The notes under the pieces are model-generated. The model saw only the letters and a program-made list of their open reading frames with translations. It did no database searches and had not been told where the DNA came from. This document shows, in pieces, positions 19,771 to 28,923 of a DNA stretch of 64,000 bases (position 1 is its first letter; each line of letters begins with the position of its first letter). The stretch is from the NCBI GenBank assembly GCA_965200245.1, contig CBDATS010000004.1:224001-288000 (forward strand). Reading direction: 5' to 3'. The stretch is from a bacterium. GTDB lineage: Bacteria > UBA8248. The position numbers and the translations under genes are program-made.

Positions 19771-22017
19771 CTAGTTGTGGTTTCCGTTCGTCTTCAGTCG
19801 GCCCAGGACCTCCAGCACGTGATCAGGCGTGATGGGAATACGCGTGATGCGCGCGCCTATCGCCTGACCCGCGGCACAGGCCACTGCCGCAGCTCCTGCC
19901 GTGCAGGGAGGCTCGCCGATGCCCTTCGCACCGTAGGGACCGAGGCCCTCACCGGATTCCAGGATCACATTGTCCCACTCGGGCGTATCTACCGAGGTGG
20001 GGATGAGGTAACCGTGGAACTCGTTGTTCAGGAGCGCACCCTTTTGCGTGAGTACCTCTTCGGTCAGGGCATGGCCGACACCCATCATGGTGCCGCCCTC
20101 GAACTGCCCTTCCACGTGCTGCAGGTTGATGGACTGGCCCACATCGTGTCCCGACCAGTAGTTGAGTACACGAAGTTCGCCCGTATCGACGTTCACCTCG
20201 ACTTCGGCCGCGTGGATGCCGAACACATAATCCATCCAGCCGCCCGCGTCGCCGTATTGCTCGTTGCCCTCATACTCGTGCACGCCGAGCTTCGTCTTGC
20301 CCACGGTATGGAGATCGATCCCCATCTTCCTGCACTGGGTCACGGCCTCTCCGAAGGAGACTCCACGTTCCTCGGAGGCTTTCACGTAAGCGCGCCCGTC
20401 TCGAATATCCAGGTCATCGGGGTTCGCTTCCAGAAGCTCCGCAGCGCCTTTGAGGATTCTGTCTTTCAGTTCCGCCGAGGCGCGATAGCACGCACCGCCC
20501 GAGATCATCGTCTGGCGACTTCCCGCAGTTACGCCCACGAGCGGGGTGACGTGAGAATCCGACATCGTCACCGTCACGTCTTCGAGTGTTATCCCCAAAG
20601 CCTCGGCGGCTATCTGGCGGTTCGTCTGCATCTGGCCGGCGCCTACGTCCGATGCACCCGAGCGCACGCTCACGCTGCCATCCTCGTCAACGCCAACGTA
20701 GACCTCACCTTCGTTTCTCGGCCTTCCGTATCCGCCGATATTGGCAACCACGCCGACGCCCACGCGCCAGGGGCCGTGGTCTTTCTCGGGCACCCGGCCC
20801 GCCGGGCGGCCGATGAGCTTTTTCGTCTCCTCGACCAGTTCGGGCAACATCACGCGAGAAGGCACGGGCTGGTTCTGCATGAGGGTCTCGCCCTTGGTGA
20901 TGAAGTTCATCTCCCGAAACTCGAGCGGATTCATACCCAACCGCGCGGCGAGTTCATCCATCTGCGCCTCATAGGCGAAGCACACCTGGTTCGCGCCCAC
21001 GCCGCGCATCGCCTCGGTGAAGGGATTGTTCGTCCTGACGGCGCGTGCGCGGCCCCGTGCGTTCGGGATTTCGTAGGGGCCGCCGCTCACTACGAGCGCG
21101 CCCAGTAGCAAGCCCTTGCTGTTGGCCGTGTAGCCGCCAGCATCGCCGATAATGTCGATTTCGGTAGCAGTAAGCCTTCCGTCTTCCGTAGCACCCGTCT
21201 TGTATTTCATGAGGAAAGGGTGTTTCTTACTGCCCGTGTTCATGGTTTCTTCTCGCGAATAGGCCATGCGCACGGGTCGCTCCGTACGGATCGATAAAAG
21301 CGCCATGAAGGCACCGAGGAGGGGGTGCTCCTTGCCGCCGAACGCGCCGCCCAGCATCGGACAATCATAACGCACGCGACTCAGGGGCAAGTTCAGCGTC
21401 CGCGCTACGTTCTGGTAGTTTTCGATCATCTGCGTGGGCACACGGATGTTTACCACCCCACGTTCGTCCACCCAGGCGACGCCGCCTTCGGGCTCGATGA
21501 AGGCATGATCCAAGCAGGCAGAGAAATAGGTATTCTCGACGATCACGTCCGCCTCGGCGAAGCCCGCCTCGATGTCTCCCTTGTCCGTCTTCCAGTCGCA
21601 GACCACTTCGCCTTCCTCGAGCGTGGTGAAGTCATACGCACCGGGCAGCGGATCATAGGCGACACGCACGAGCGAGGCCGCCTCTTCGGCTAGGTCCCGC
21701 GTGTCGGCGGCTACGAGCGCTATGGCGTCGCCGATGTCCAGAACGACGTCATCAGCCAGCACAGGGAAATCAGGATATCGGCCCGCATTCAGCCCGGGAA
21801 TGTCCTTCGCTGTGAGGACGCAGTGTACCCCCGGAAGGGCGAGTGCCTCACTCGTGTCTATTTCCAGTATCCGCGCAGGTGTCATAGAGGCACGGACGGC
21901 TTTCCCGTAAATCTCGCCCGGCATATGGAAATCATCGCCGTAGACCGTATCGCCGACCGCCTTCGCCAAGGCGTCTTCTTTCGTCGGCGACGCGCCGACA
22001 TGCGTCAACTGAGCCAT
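19771..22017 (-). CDS. Xanthine dehydrogenase family molybdopterin-binding large subunit
   Basis: GGAFGGK, AMRGVG, GQFEGG, AKGIGEPP. Confidence 0.92.
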   Translation of the reverse strand: MAQLTHVGASPTKEDALAKAVGDTVYGDDFHMPGEIYGKAVRASMTPARILEIDTSEALALPGVHCVLTAKDIPGLNAGRYPDFPVLADDVVLDIGDAIALVAADTRDLAEEAASLVRVAYDPLPGAYDFTTLEEGEVVCDWKTDKGDIEAGFAEADVIVENTYFSACLDHAFIEPEGGVAWVDERGVVNIRVPTQMIENYQNVARTLNLPLSRVRYDCPMLGGAFGGKEHPLLGAFMALLSIRTERPVRMAYSREETMNTGSKKHPFLMKYKTGATEDGRLTATEIDIIGDAGGYTANSKGLLLGALVVSGGPYEIPNARGRARAVRTNNPFTEAMRGVGANQVCFAYEAQMDELAARLGMNPLEFREMNFITKGETLMQNQPVPSRVMLPELVEETKKLIGRPAGRVPEKDHGPWRVGVGVVANIGGYGRPRNEGEVYVGVDEDGSVSVRSGASDVGAGQMQTNRQIAAEALGITLEDVTVTMSDSHVTPLVGVTAGSRQTMISGGACYRASAELKDRILKGAAELLEANPDDLDIRDGRAYVKASEERGVSFGEAVTQCRKMGIDLHTVGKTKLGVHEYEGNEQYGDAGGWMDYVFGIHAAEVEVNVDTGELRVLNYWSGHDVGQSINLQHVEGQFEGGTMMGVGHALTEEVLTQKGALLNNEFHGYLIPTSVDTPEWDNVILESGEGLGPYGAKGIGEPPCTAGAAAVACAAGQAIGARITRIPITPDHVLEVLGRLKTNGNHN

Positions 22018-22042
22018 TGTCTCCTCCAATATTTTGAAAGAG

Positions 22043-23041
22043 CTACCCTCGCAGGGCCGCTACGTCCAGGACCTCGCCCGTCACAGCACTCTGCACGACT
22101 GCCTCGAGCACGGCAACGACCTCGAGTCCTTCGGGTCCGCCCGTCTCGGGAGTGGCCTCGCCGCGGATGCACTTGCAGAACTCACCCATCTCGTCCGCCA
22201 GGGCGTCTCCGCCCACGACCTCAACCTCGGTGCGCGCCTCCTCGCCCACTTTGGCTACGTAGAGCTTTCCGCCCTCTTCTTCGCTGTAAGCGCGCATTTT
22301 CGTGCCGAAGGCTGCCGTGTCACAGATCTTTGGAACGACGAAAGAGGAGCCGATGTGGCCTAGCGGGCCACTCTCGTACTCGATGATGATGTTCGTCGCA
22401 TCGTCCAGGTTCGTCTTGCCGAGCAACTTCTTGCTGAAGGCAGCCACACGCTTCGCGGGACCTGCCAAGTACTGAAGGTTGTCGATCATGTGGACACCCA
22501 GGCCCGTCATGGAACCCGCAGGGCATTCGGTGGGGTCATTGCGCCAGCCCGACCTGGCTTCGAAACCCATGGGCAGCGAAAGGTTGGCCTCAAGTTGATG
22601 CACTACTCCGAGTTCACCCGCATCGATCATCCGCTTGATCTCGCGATTCGCGCCGAAGCGGCGGCGGTGGTGTCCAACCTGCAGGGTGACGTTCGCGGCG
22701 GAAGTTGCCTCGACCGCCTTTTTGGCCTCATCGACGGTGAGGGTGAGCGGCTTCTCGACAAACACGTGCTTGCCTGCCGACGCTGCCGAAGAAATCATGT
22801 CCAAATGCGTGGAGTGAGGCGTCGCGATGATGACGCCTTCGACCTCCGGGTCGTTCCATACTTCATCCAGACTACCTGCCATCCGGCAGCCGTGTTTCTC
22901 TGAAAACGCCTTGCGAGCCTCCTCGCTGCGCGCGAAACCCGTCACCACCTCGCCCGAACCACTGCGGTTCAGGGCGTCCACCAGAACGCCGCCCCACCAG
23001 CCAAGACCGATAGAGGCAAGTCGCACCTTTTCATCAGCCAT
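22043..23041 (-). CDS. Gfo/Idh/MocA family oxidoreductase
   Basis: GLGWWG, ATPHSTH, GKHVFVEKP. Confidence 0.92.
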   Translation of the reverse strand: MADEKVRLASIGLGWWGGVLVDALNRSGSGEVVTGFARSEEARKAFSEKHGCRMAGSLDEVWNDPEVEGVIIATPHSTHLDMISSAASAGKHVFVEKPLTLTVDEAKKAVEATSAANVTLQVGHHRRRFGANREIKRMIDAGELGVVHQLEANLSLPMGFEARSGWRNDPTECPAGSMTGLGVHMIDNLQYLAGPAKRVAAFSKKLLGKTNLDDATNIIIEYESGPLGHIGSSFVVPKICDTAAFGTKMRAYSEEEGGKLYVAKVGEEARTEVEVVGGDALADEMGEFCKCIRGEATPETGGPEGLEVVAVLEAVVQSAVTGEVLDVAALRG

Positions 23042-23183
23042 GATTCGACTCCTCATTTACCGAATGGATGAATTCGCGGCGTTCCATGGAACATCGCGTC
23101 GAACAGACACCGCATGATTTTGTGCAGGCCGCACCATAACCCAACAAGGTGTACTTGAAAACCACGCCCGAGAAAAACAGGTC

Positions 23184-23215
23184 AAAAAAAACCTCCTCCC
23201 GTCTCCGGGAGGAGG
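23184..23215 (-). terminator. Rho-independent terminator
   Basis: 10-bp stem, GAGA tetraloop, U8 tract. Confidence 0.85.
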
Positions 23216-23336
23216 CTCTCGCAAGGGGTAGTTGCGAGATGTATGATTGCGTGGCGGAGGAGTGCCGACCCGATCAGCTACCCCTCTCGCCAGCCTGCCG
23301 GGGCGTGCCGCCTATGAACGCCCCGACCGGCTTGCT
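23184..23336 (-). ncRNA. Candidate sigma-54-dependent small RNA (~150 nt)
   Basis: Begins 12 nt downstream of a -24/-12 motif, folds into GC-rich stems, and ends in CCTCCTCCCG-GAGA-CGGGAGGAGG-T8. Confidence 0.65.
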
Positions 23337-23346
23337 CTTATTATCT

Positions 23347-23362
23347 TGCAAGCACCGTACCA
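23347..23362 (-). promoter_or_regulatory. Sigma-54 (-24/-12) promoter
   Basis: Minus strand TGGTACGGTGCTTGCA, i.e. GG-N10-GC, close to TGGCAC-N5-TTGCW. Confidence 0.75.
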
Positions 23363-23390
23363 TTTTTTATTTTTCGGAAAAGTCTTTATA

Positions 23391-23403
23391 TATCAATGAA
23401 TTA
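23391..23403 (+). promoter_or_regulatory. IHF binding site
   Basis: TATCAATGAATTA is an exact WATCAANNNNTTR match in an AT-rich tract ~30 bp upstream of the -24 element. Confidence 0.65.
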
Positions 23404-23513
23404 CAATTCTGCGCAGGCCCGCCGAATTGCCACTTTGTCACAAGTCACCGGACAACGACGACAAAACGTCATGGGAAAAAATCAATTTCAATTCCGTGGG
23501 GGAATTCTTCTCT

Positions 23514-24128
23514 TCATTCAGAAGCAGCTGATTTTTCGGGAAAGGCGTCCAGCGCCTTGGAAACGGCCGCCTTCATCTCGTCTCCGTGTGCAAGCGCCGT
23601 CGTCGCGCGGACTTGCGATTCCCACAAGGTATCCTCAGAGTTCAGGTCGAGAAAGTGTATCTCGACCCGCGCGGCGCAAACTTCTACGTCCTCGCAGGAG
23701 CGCTCGCCCGCCGCTATCGCTACCGCCTGTGCGCCGGTATCCCTGAGCGCCGAAAGATGGGCCTCAGCGATTTTTCCTTCTTTGTTCAGCAAATCGTCCG
23801 TTTTCTTTTTTTCGAGTTCCCTGGGCCAGCGGACGACCTGATAGCCCTTTGCAATCAAGACGTCCCGAATCAGGAAGGCGCCCTCAATCAGTTCGATCCT
23901 CCTGCCCTTCGGCGCTTCTATACCCGCCTTCTTGTAGACGTCGCGGAAAAGCCCCGTCCAATCGCTCGGATATTGGAACGGGGCGACAGTGAGGCGCGCA
24001 AGCGCTTGTATCTTCACAGGTCGTGCGATGACCTGCCTCACGGACAACTCATAGGCGCACCCCGCCATAAGGAGAAGCGACAGCACCGCAGGCAAAAGCG
24101 GAAGCCTCGACGCGAAGCTCTTCATCAT
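23514..24128 (-). CDS. Hypothetical lipoprotein
   Basis: Signal peptide with lipobox-like MAGC; overlaps the upstream gene stop. Confidence 0.7.
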   Translation of the reverse strand: MMKSFASRLPLLPAVLSLLLMAGCAYELSVRQVIARPVKIQALARLTVAPFQYPSDWTGLFRDVYKKAGIEAPKGRRIELIEGAFLIRDVLIAKGYQVVRWPRELEKKKTDDLLNKEGKIAEAHLSALRDTGAQAVAIAAGERSCEDVEVCAARVEIHFLDLNSEDTLWESQVRATTALAHGDEMKAAVSKALDAFPEKSAASE

Positions 24129-24838
24129 CGGTCGCTCCATGCGATTCGCTCCACCCAGTCGAGGAGCAACGCATATACGTCCCAACTCTCGCTCCAGATG
24201 GAGGAGGCGTATGAGACCGCCATCCCCCAGCCTCCCACAGAGACCAACGTCGCACCGCCGATACAAACGAGGTCCAAAAAGAAGATGAAGACCCAGGAGA
24301 AAACGCGGCCTCCGCGCGCAAGATCGGGTTGCGATGCGCCCAACGCCCGCAACGTCATGAGTACATGCAGGCAAAGCGTGAAGCCGGAAAGAAACGCTAC
24401 AGCCTGCGGAATCCATCCGTATGCCAGAGCCCAATTGAGCAGCGCGCCCAAGAGCAGGACGACGACCGTCAGCAGCGGGAAAAAGTAGGGCGCCAGTGTA
24501 ATCAAGGGGTTCGTGCCGCTCAGACCCACCTTACCGCTGCCGCGTCCTACCTCGAACGAACTCACCTTCTTCCCCGTGAGCAGGGCAAAAGCCAATTGCG
24601 TGAATTCGCGCACGAAGGCGTAGAGAAATTCAGGGGGCTTCAGCCTGTGCCAGACAGAGTAGGCAGCCACGCCTGCCAGGAAGACCCAACCTTCGGTCGC
24701 GGGCAGATACGAACCTGTGCCACTCGCGAAAAAGGCAGCCGGGAGGTGCGTCCCGAACGCGAGCATCGCCCCCCAGCAGGAGGGCAACAGGAGTACAGTG
24801 ACCATCCAGGCCAGGAGTCTCAACAGAAAGGACTTCAT
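24125..24838 (-). CDS. M50B-like membrane protein with degenerate zinc motif
   Basis: AFVREFTQLAFALL (HExxH position), NPLITLAPYFFP. Confidence 0.6.
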   Translation of the reverse strand: MKSFLLRLLAWMVTVLLLPSCWGAMLAFGTHLPAAFFASGTGSYLPATEGWVFLAGVAAYSVWHRLKPPEFLYAFVREFTQLAFALLTGKKVSSFEVGRGSGKVGLSGTNPLITLAPYFFPLLTVVVLLLGALLNWALAYGWIPQAVAFLSGFTLCLHVLMTLRALGASQPDLARGGRVFSWVFIFFLDLVCIGGATLVSVGGWGMAVSYASSIWSESWDVYALLLDWVERIAWSDR

Positions 24839-24961
24839 TCACTCACTCGTTCAGTTCCTCGGGCGAAGAGGCGAACGTAGGGCAAGAATGGCTTATATGC
24901 CGCTTCCCGGCAAGGCGAGAACCCGCAAACCCGATCTCGTCGGCATATTGCCAAAAAAATC

Positions 24962-24991
24962 TTGACACATTATATTTAACTACATGGTTAA
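24962..24991 (+). promoter_or_regulatory. Promoter -35 with palindromic operator (probably for the ArsR repressor)
   Basis: TTGACA followed by TTAAC-N6-GTTAA upstream of dinB-arsR-SRPBCC. Confidence 0.5.
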
Positions 24992-25033
24992 TAATCAAGC
25001 CTTTTCATGAACTACTCAATACAGGAGCTTCCC

Positions 25034-25552
25034 ATGAACGGCGCGAAAATGATTGCCTACACCTTCGAAATGAGCGACGGACTCGTCCGGCGAGCGTTGA
25101 AGGGCCTTGATGATGCGGACCTCCTGAAACGGCCCAGCGACCAGGACAACCCCATCGGCTGGTTGATGTGGCACAAAACGAGAGTCGAGGATTGTGCCTT
25201 TGCAGCCGTCGCCGGAAAGGAGCAGGTCTGGATCGCCGGGAAATGGCACGAGAAATTCGAGATGGACGCAGACCCGAAACAAATCGGCTTTGGAGACTCG
25301 CTCGAACAGGTCATGAACCTCAAATTCACGAAACAAGATGTTATCGATTACGCCAACGCCACCCGGGCACGCACGCTTTCCACTCTGGAATCAATTTCGG
25401 TGGAGGACCTCGAAAAGGAGATTACCGACATCGGAGGCAACGCGATCAAGATCGGAGACTATCTGGGCAGGGTTGCCGTCGACTATCACCACCATTGCGG
25501 ACAGATTTGCTATCTCAGGGGATTTATTACCGGATTCGGTTGGGCGTTTTAG
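25034..25552 (+). CDS. DinB/DUF664 family protein
   Basis: NPIGWLMWH...ED, HHCGQICYLRG. Confidence 0.85.
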   Translation: MNGAKMIAYTFEMSDGLVRRALKGLDDADLLKRPSDQDNPIGWLMWHKTRVEDCAFAAVAGKEQVWIAGKWHEKFEMDADPKQIGFGDSLEQVMNLKFTKQDVIDYANATRARTLSTLESISVEDLEKEITDIGGNAIKIGDYLGRVAVDYHHHCGQICYLRGFITGFGWAF

Positions 25553-25618
25553 TTCCAACCCGATCGATGGGCGACCGAGGAGGTCAATCACAACCGAGGA
25601 AGGAAGGTTCCCCGACAC

Positions 25619-25954
25619 GTGAAAACAGAAGCAGGTCTCGACGCCACTTTCTCCGCGCTTTCTGACCCCACGAGGCGGGCCATACTATCACGGCTCTTCC
25701 GGGGGGAAGCCACCGTGACCAGTATTGCTGCACCATTTGATATTTCCTTGCCGGCGATCTCCAAACACCTGCGCGTCCTTGAGCGCGCCGGCTTGGTTCA
25801 CAGGGAAAAAAGGGGCCGCATCCATCACCTGCGCCTTGAGGTCGAACCGATGCGCAAGGCGTCGGAATGGCTGGATTTCCACCAGCGATTCTGGGAAGGG
25901 GGATTCGATACCCTCGCCCGCTACCTCGAAGAAAAAACAGACATGGAGAATTGA
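25619..25954 (+). CDS. ArsR/SmtB family transcriptional regulator
   Basis: FSALSDPTRRAIL, ISKHLRVLERAGLV. Confidence 0.92.
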   Translation: MKTEAGLDATFSALSDPTRRAILSRLFRGEATVTSIAAPFDISLPAISKHLRVLERAGLVHREKRGRIHHLRLEVEPMRKASEWLDFHQRFWEGGFDTLARYLEEKTDMEN

Positions 25955-25957
25955 AGA

Positions 25958-26401
25958 ATGCCCGAGACGAACAGTACCCTTGTCATCAAGCGAACCTTCC
26001 ATGCACCACGGGAGAGAGTCTTCGCTTCGTGGACGAGGGCCGAGGAACTCAAGGGTTGGTGGGGAACGGAGGGCCACACCGTGCCCAACGCCGAGATGGA
26101 TTTCAGGGAAGGAGGAAAATTCCGCGTCGAGATGCAGACCGATGAGGGGGAGTCTTTTTATCTAAACGGCGCGTTTTTGGAAATCAATCCGCCTGAACGG
26201 CTCGTCTTCACATTCCGGTGGGAGCGGGGGGAGTGGAACTATCCCGAAACCCGGGTGAGTGTTGACTTTCTGGACAAGGGCGACGAGACCGCCATCCTCC
26301 TCACCCACGAGGGATTCCCGGACAAGAACATGCGAGACGAACACCAAGAGGGCTGGGGCGAGTGCCTCGATAACCTGCACACGAATCTGGGAGGGAGATA
26401 G
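25958..26401 (+). CDS. SRPBCC/AHSA1-START domain protein
   Basis: RTFHAPRERVFASWT, PPERLVFT, EGWGECLDNL. Confidence 0.9.
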   Translation: MPETNSTLVIKRTFHAPRERVFASWTRAEELKGWWGTEGHTVPNAEMDFREGGKFRVEMQTDEGESFYLNGAFLEINPPERLVFTFRWERGEWNYPETRVSVDFLDKGDETAILLTHEGFPDKNMRDEHQEGWGECLDNLHTNLGGR

Positions 26402-26554
26402 GAAACCTCGAAGGATTGTGATTATGCTGCCCTGCTCTCTTTTGCTCCCGGAAAAATCAATGTAGGATACGCACTCTCTATTTCGATCTCAAAGTATCCG
26501 GCATCCATACCGACTGCGTACGCGGTGAGCAGGATGCGCACGAACTCCTCCTGG

Positions 26555-27946
26555 ATGGAGCAACTCACTTTGGAAGCGCGCGTACTTTCTCCTTGCGGTG
26601 TTATCGGATCGGGTTTCCCCGAAAGTTCCTTCGAGCGCGGATTGTCCATGATGCCTCACGTTATCGCCTGCGACGGCGGATCGACGGACAATGGACCGGC
26701 CTTTCTTGGCGCCGGAAAACCGAATTTCTCCCGCTCGGCGACCAAACGCGATCTCAAGCTCATGCTGAAAGGGCGCGAAAGACTGGGCGTTCCAGTTATC
26801 GTGGGCTCGTGCGGCACGGCGGGTGGAGACGCAGGTCTCGAGTGGATGCGCGACATTTGTCTCGAGATCGCCCGCGAGGAGGGCCTGAGCTTCAACCTCT
26901 CTCTGGTTCGCAGCGAACAGGATAAAGAATATCTAAAGAAAAGATACGAAGAGGGCCGCATTCAGGCGCTCGATCCGGCTCCTCCGATCGATGAGGAAAT
27001 AATCGACAACAGCGCGCACATCGTGGGTATGATGGGAGACGAGCCCATCGCCCGGGCGCTCGACGAGGGAGCGGACGTCGTACTGACGGGCAGGGCTTCT
27101 GACACTTCTGTCTTCGCCTGCCACCCCGTGCGAATGGGTGTGGACAGGGGCCTCGCCTGGCACGCTGCGAAGATACTCGAATGCGGCGCAGCCTGCGCGG
27201 TGCATCGCGCCCGGCCAGACGGCTGTTTCGCCTGGATTCGCGACAACCATTTCGTGGTCGAGCCGCTCAATCCACAGATGTACTGCACCCCGCAGAGCGT
27301 GGCCTCGCACACCCTATATGAAAACACAGACCCATTCTATATCACCGAGCCGGCGGGTGTTCTCGACACAAGTTGCTCGGCATACTCGGCCGAGAGCGAG
27401 CGCGCCGTGCGCGTGGTGGGTTCCGAGTTCCACACGGCCGAGCGTTATTCCATCAAGCTCGAAGGGGCGGAACTCGTTGGCTACCAGTCAGTGATCATCG
27501 GTGGGGTGCGCGATCCCATGATTCTCAAACAACTCGATTCCTGGCTCGAGGGCATCCGGGAAGGCTTCGCGGTGCGTGTTCAGGAAATTTTTCCCGACCG
27601 CGGTTCTGCGCCCGCCTACCATCTCACCATCCGCGTGTTCGGGCGCGACGCCGTGATGGGGACGCTCGAACCCGAAACAAGCTGTCTTCCCCACGAGGTG
27701 GGCGTGCTCTTCGAGGTGACGTCCGAGGATCAGGTATCCGCCAACACGATGGCGTCCACGTTAGCCCACTTTGCGCTTCACTACCCCATCCCCGAGTGGA
27801 GTGGTCTCATTTCGACGCTGGCGTTCCCTTTCACGCCTGCAGAAATCGAGAAAGGCCCCGTCTACCGCTTCAATCTGAACCACGTTGTTTATCCCGACGA
27901 CCCCTATGAAATGTTTTCCACCGAGATGATGGAGGTGGCGAACTGA
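26555..27946 (+). CDS. AtuA-like (DUF1446) protein
   Basis: IACDGGSTDNGP, GSCGTAG, GRASD, HAAKILECG, HTLYEN; start uncertain. Confidence 0.85.
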   Translation: MEQLTLEARVLSPCGVIGSGFPESSFERGLSMMPHVIACDGGSTDNGPAFLGAGKPNFSRSATKRDLKLMLKGRERLGVPVIVGSCGTAGGDAGLEWMRDICLEIAREEGLSFNLSLVRSEQDKEYLKKRYEEGRIQALDPAPPIDEEIIDNSAHIVGMMGDEPIARALDEGADVVLTGRASDTSVFACHPVRMGVDRGLAWHAAKILECGAACAVHRARPDGCFAWIRDNHFVVEPLNPQMYCTPQSVASHTLYENTDPFYITEPAGVLDTSCSAYSAESERAVRVVGSEFHTAERYSIKLEGAELVGYQSVIIGGVRDPMILKQLDSWLEGIREGFAVRVQEIFPDRGSAPAYHLTIRVFGRDAVMGTLEPETSCLPHEVGVLFEVTSEDQVSANTMASTLAHFALHYPIPEWSGLISTLAFPFTPAEIEKGPVYRFNLNHVVYPDDPYEMFSTEMMEVAN

Positions 27947-28260
27947 TGGCCACACTCGGCGAACTCGCAAAGCTCATCCGTTCGAAGAACGCAGGGCCCT
28001 TCAACCTCACGTTCGACGTCATGTTCGATGAGGAAAAAACCTATCGACACGTGGTGGAATCGAACGTCCTTACCAAGGAGGTATTCTGCCGCCTCTACAA
28101 TCTCGCGGAGGACAGGGTGCTGCTCGTTCATCACGACGCCGCGCGCGCGATCAAGGTATCAATCCCCCGTCACGTGTTTTCCTGCGACCTTGAAGACGGC
28201 GACTGCTACGGCGGACAGCAGTTCGGCCTCCTCGTGGGTATCGAAGTCCCGGATCCGTAA
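27946..28260 (+). CDS. DUF4387 family protein
   Basis: IRSKNAGPFNLTFD...DCYGGQQ; translationally coupled to the AtuA-like gene. Confidence 0.85.
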   Translation: MATLGELAKLIRSKNAGPFNLTFDVMFDEEKTYRHVVESNVLTKEVFCRLYNLAEDRVLLVHHDAARAIKVSIPRHVFSCDLEDGDCYGGQQFGLLVGIEVPDP

Positions 28261-28281
28261 GAAAAAACTGGAGAAAAGAAA

Positions 28282-28890
28282 ATGGCTGTTCACACGACTG
28301 CAGACGAAATACGAGCGCTTTTTCCGGAACTGGTGCAAATCGAAGACCCCGCATTGCGCGACGGGGTGGTCGACATCTGGCTCGATCTGGCCGCAGAGAC
28401 CGACTGGGACCGTTTCGAGGACATTCCGAAAAACCTGAAAAATGAAAAACACATGACACTCATCGGCCACGTTCAGGGCGTGACGAGCATAGCTGTCACC
28501 ATGGCCGATCTTGTCAAGAAACTCCACGGGATAGAGGTTGACCGCGACCTGCTCATCGCCTCGTGCGTTTTGCACGACATCTCGAAACCGCTCGAATCCG
28601 CGCCAAACCCCGGGGGACCTCCCACGGGAAGCGATGTGCCGCCAGGGAAAACCACCGAGTTCGGCGAGAAAATTCAGCATGGGGTCTACGGGGCACACAA
28701 GATATGGGAGAAAGGATTGCCCAAAGCGCTCGAACTGGCACATCTCGTCATTACCCACACGCGCGCGAGCAATACGCGCTCCCAAAGCTACGAGGCCGCA
28801 CTTCTTTTCTACGCAGACTGGGTGGATTCGGACGCGGGTATCGTCTTGGGTGGAGGGACACCCCTCGCCTCGAAATGGGTGGAGGAGTAG
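28282..28890 (+). CDS. HD-domain protein
   Basis: LIGH, LHDISK, H...H...H and YAD. Confidence 0.8.
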   Translation: MAVHTTADEIRALFPELVQIEDPALRDGVVDIWLDLAAETDWDRFEDIPKNLKNEKHMTLIGHVQGVTSIAVTMADLVKKLHGIEVDRDLLIASCVLHDISKPLESAPNPGGPPTGSDVPPGKTTEFGEKIQHGVYGAHKIWEKGLPKALELAHLVITHTRASNTRSQSYEAALLFYADWVDSDAGIVLGGGTPLASKWVEE

Positions 28891-28923
28891 ATACGACCGC
28901 TGAGGTGTCTCCCGGAATCCCTG

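Noticed and set aside
23184-23336. Known riboswitch (c-di-AMP, ZTP, Moco) or SRP/6S RNA
   Set aside because: Only short fragments resemble their consensus and the core motifs are missing by eye
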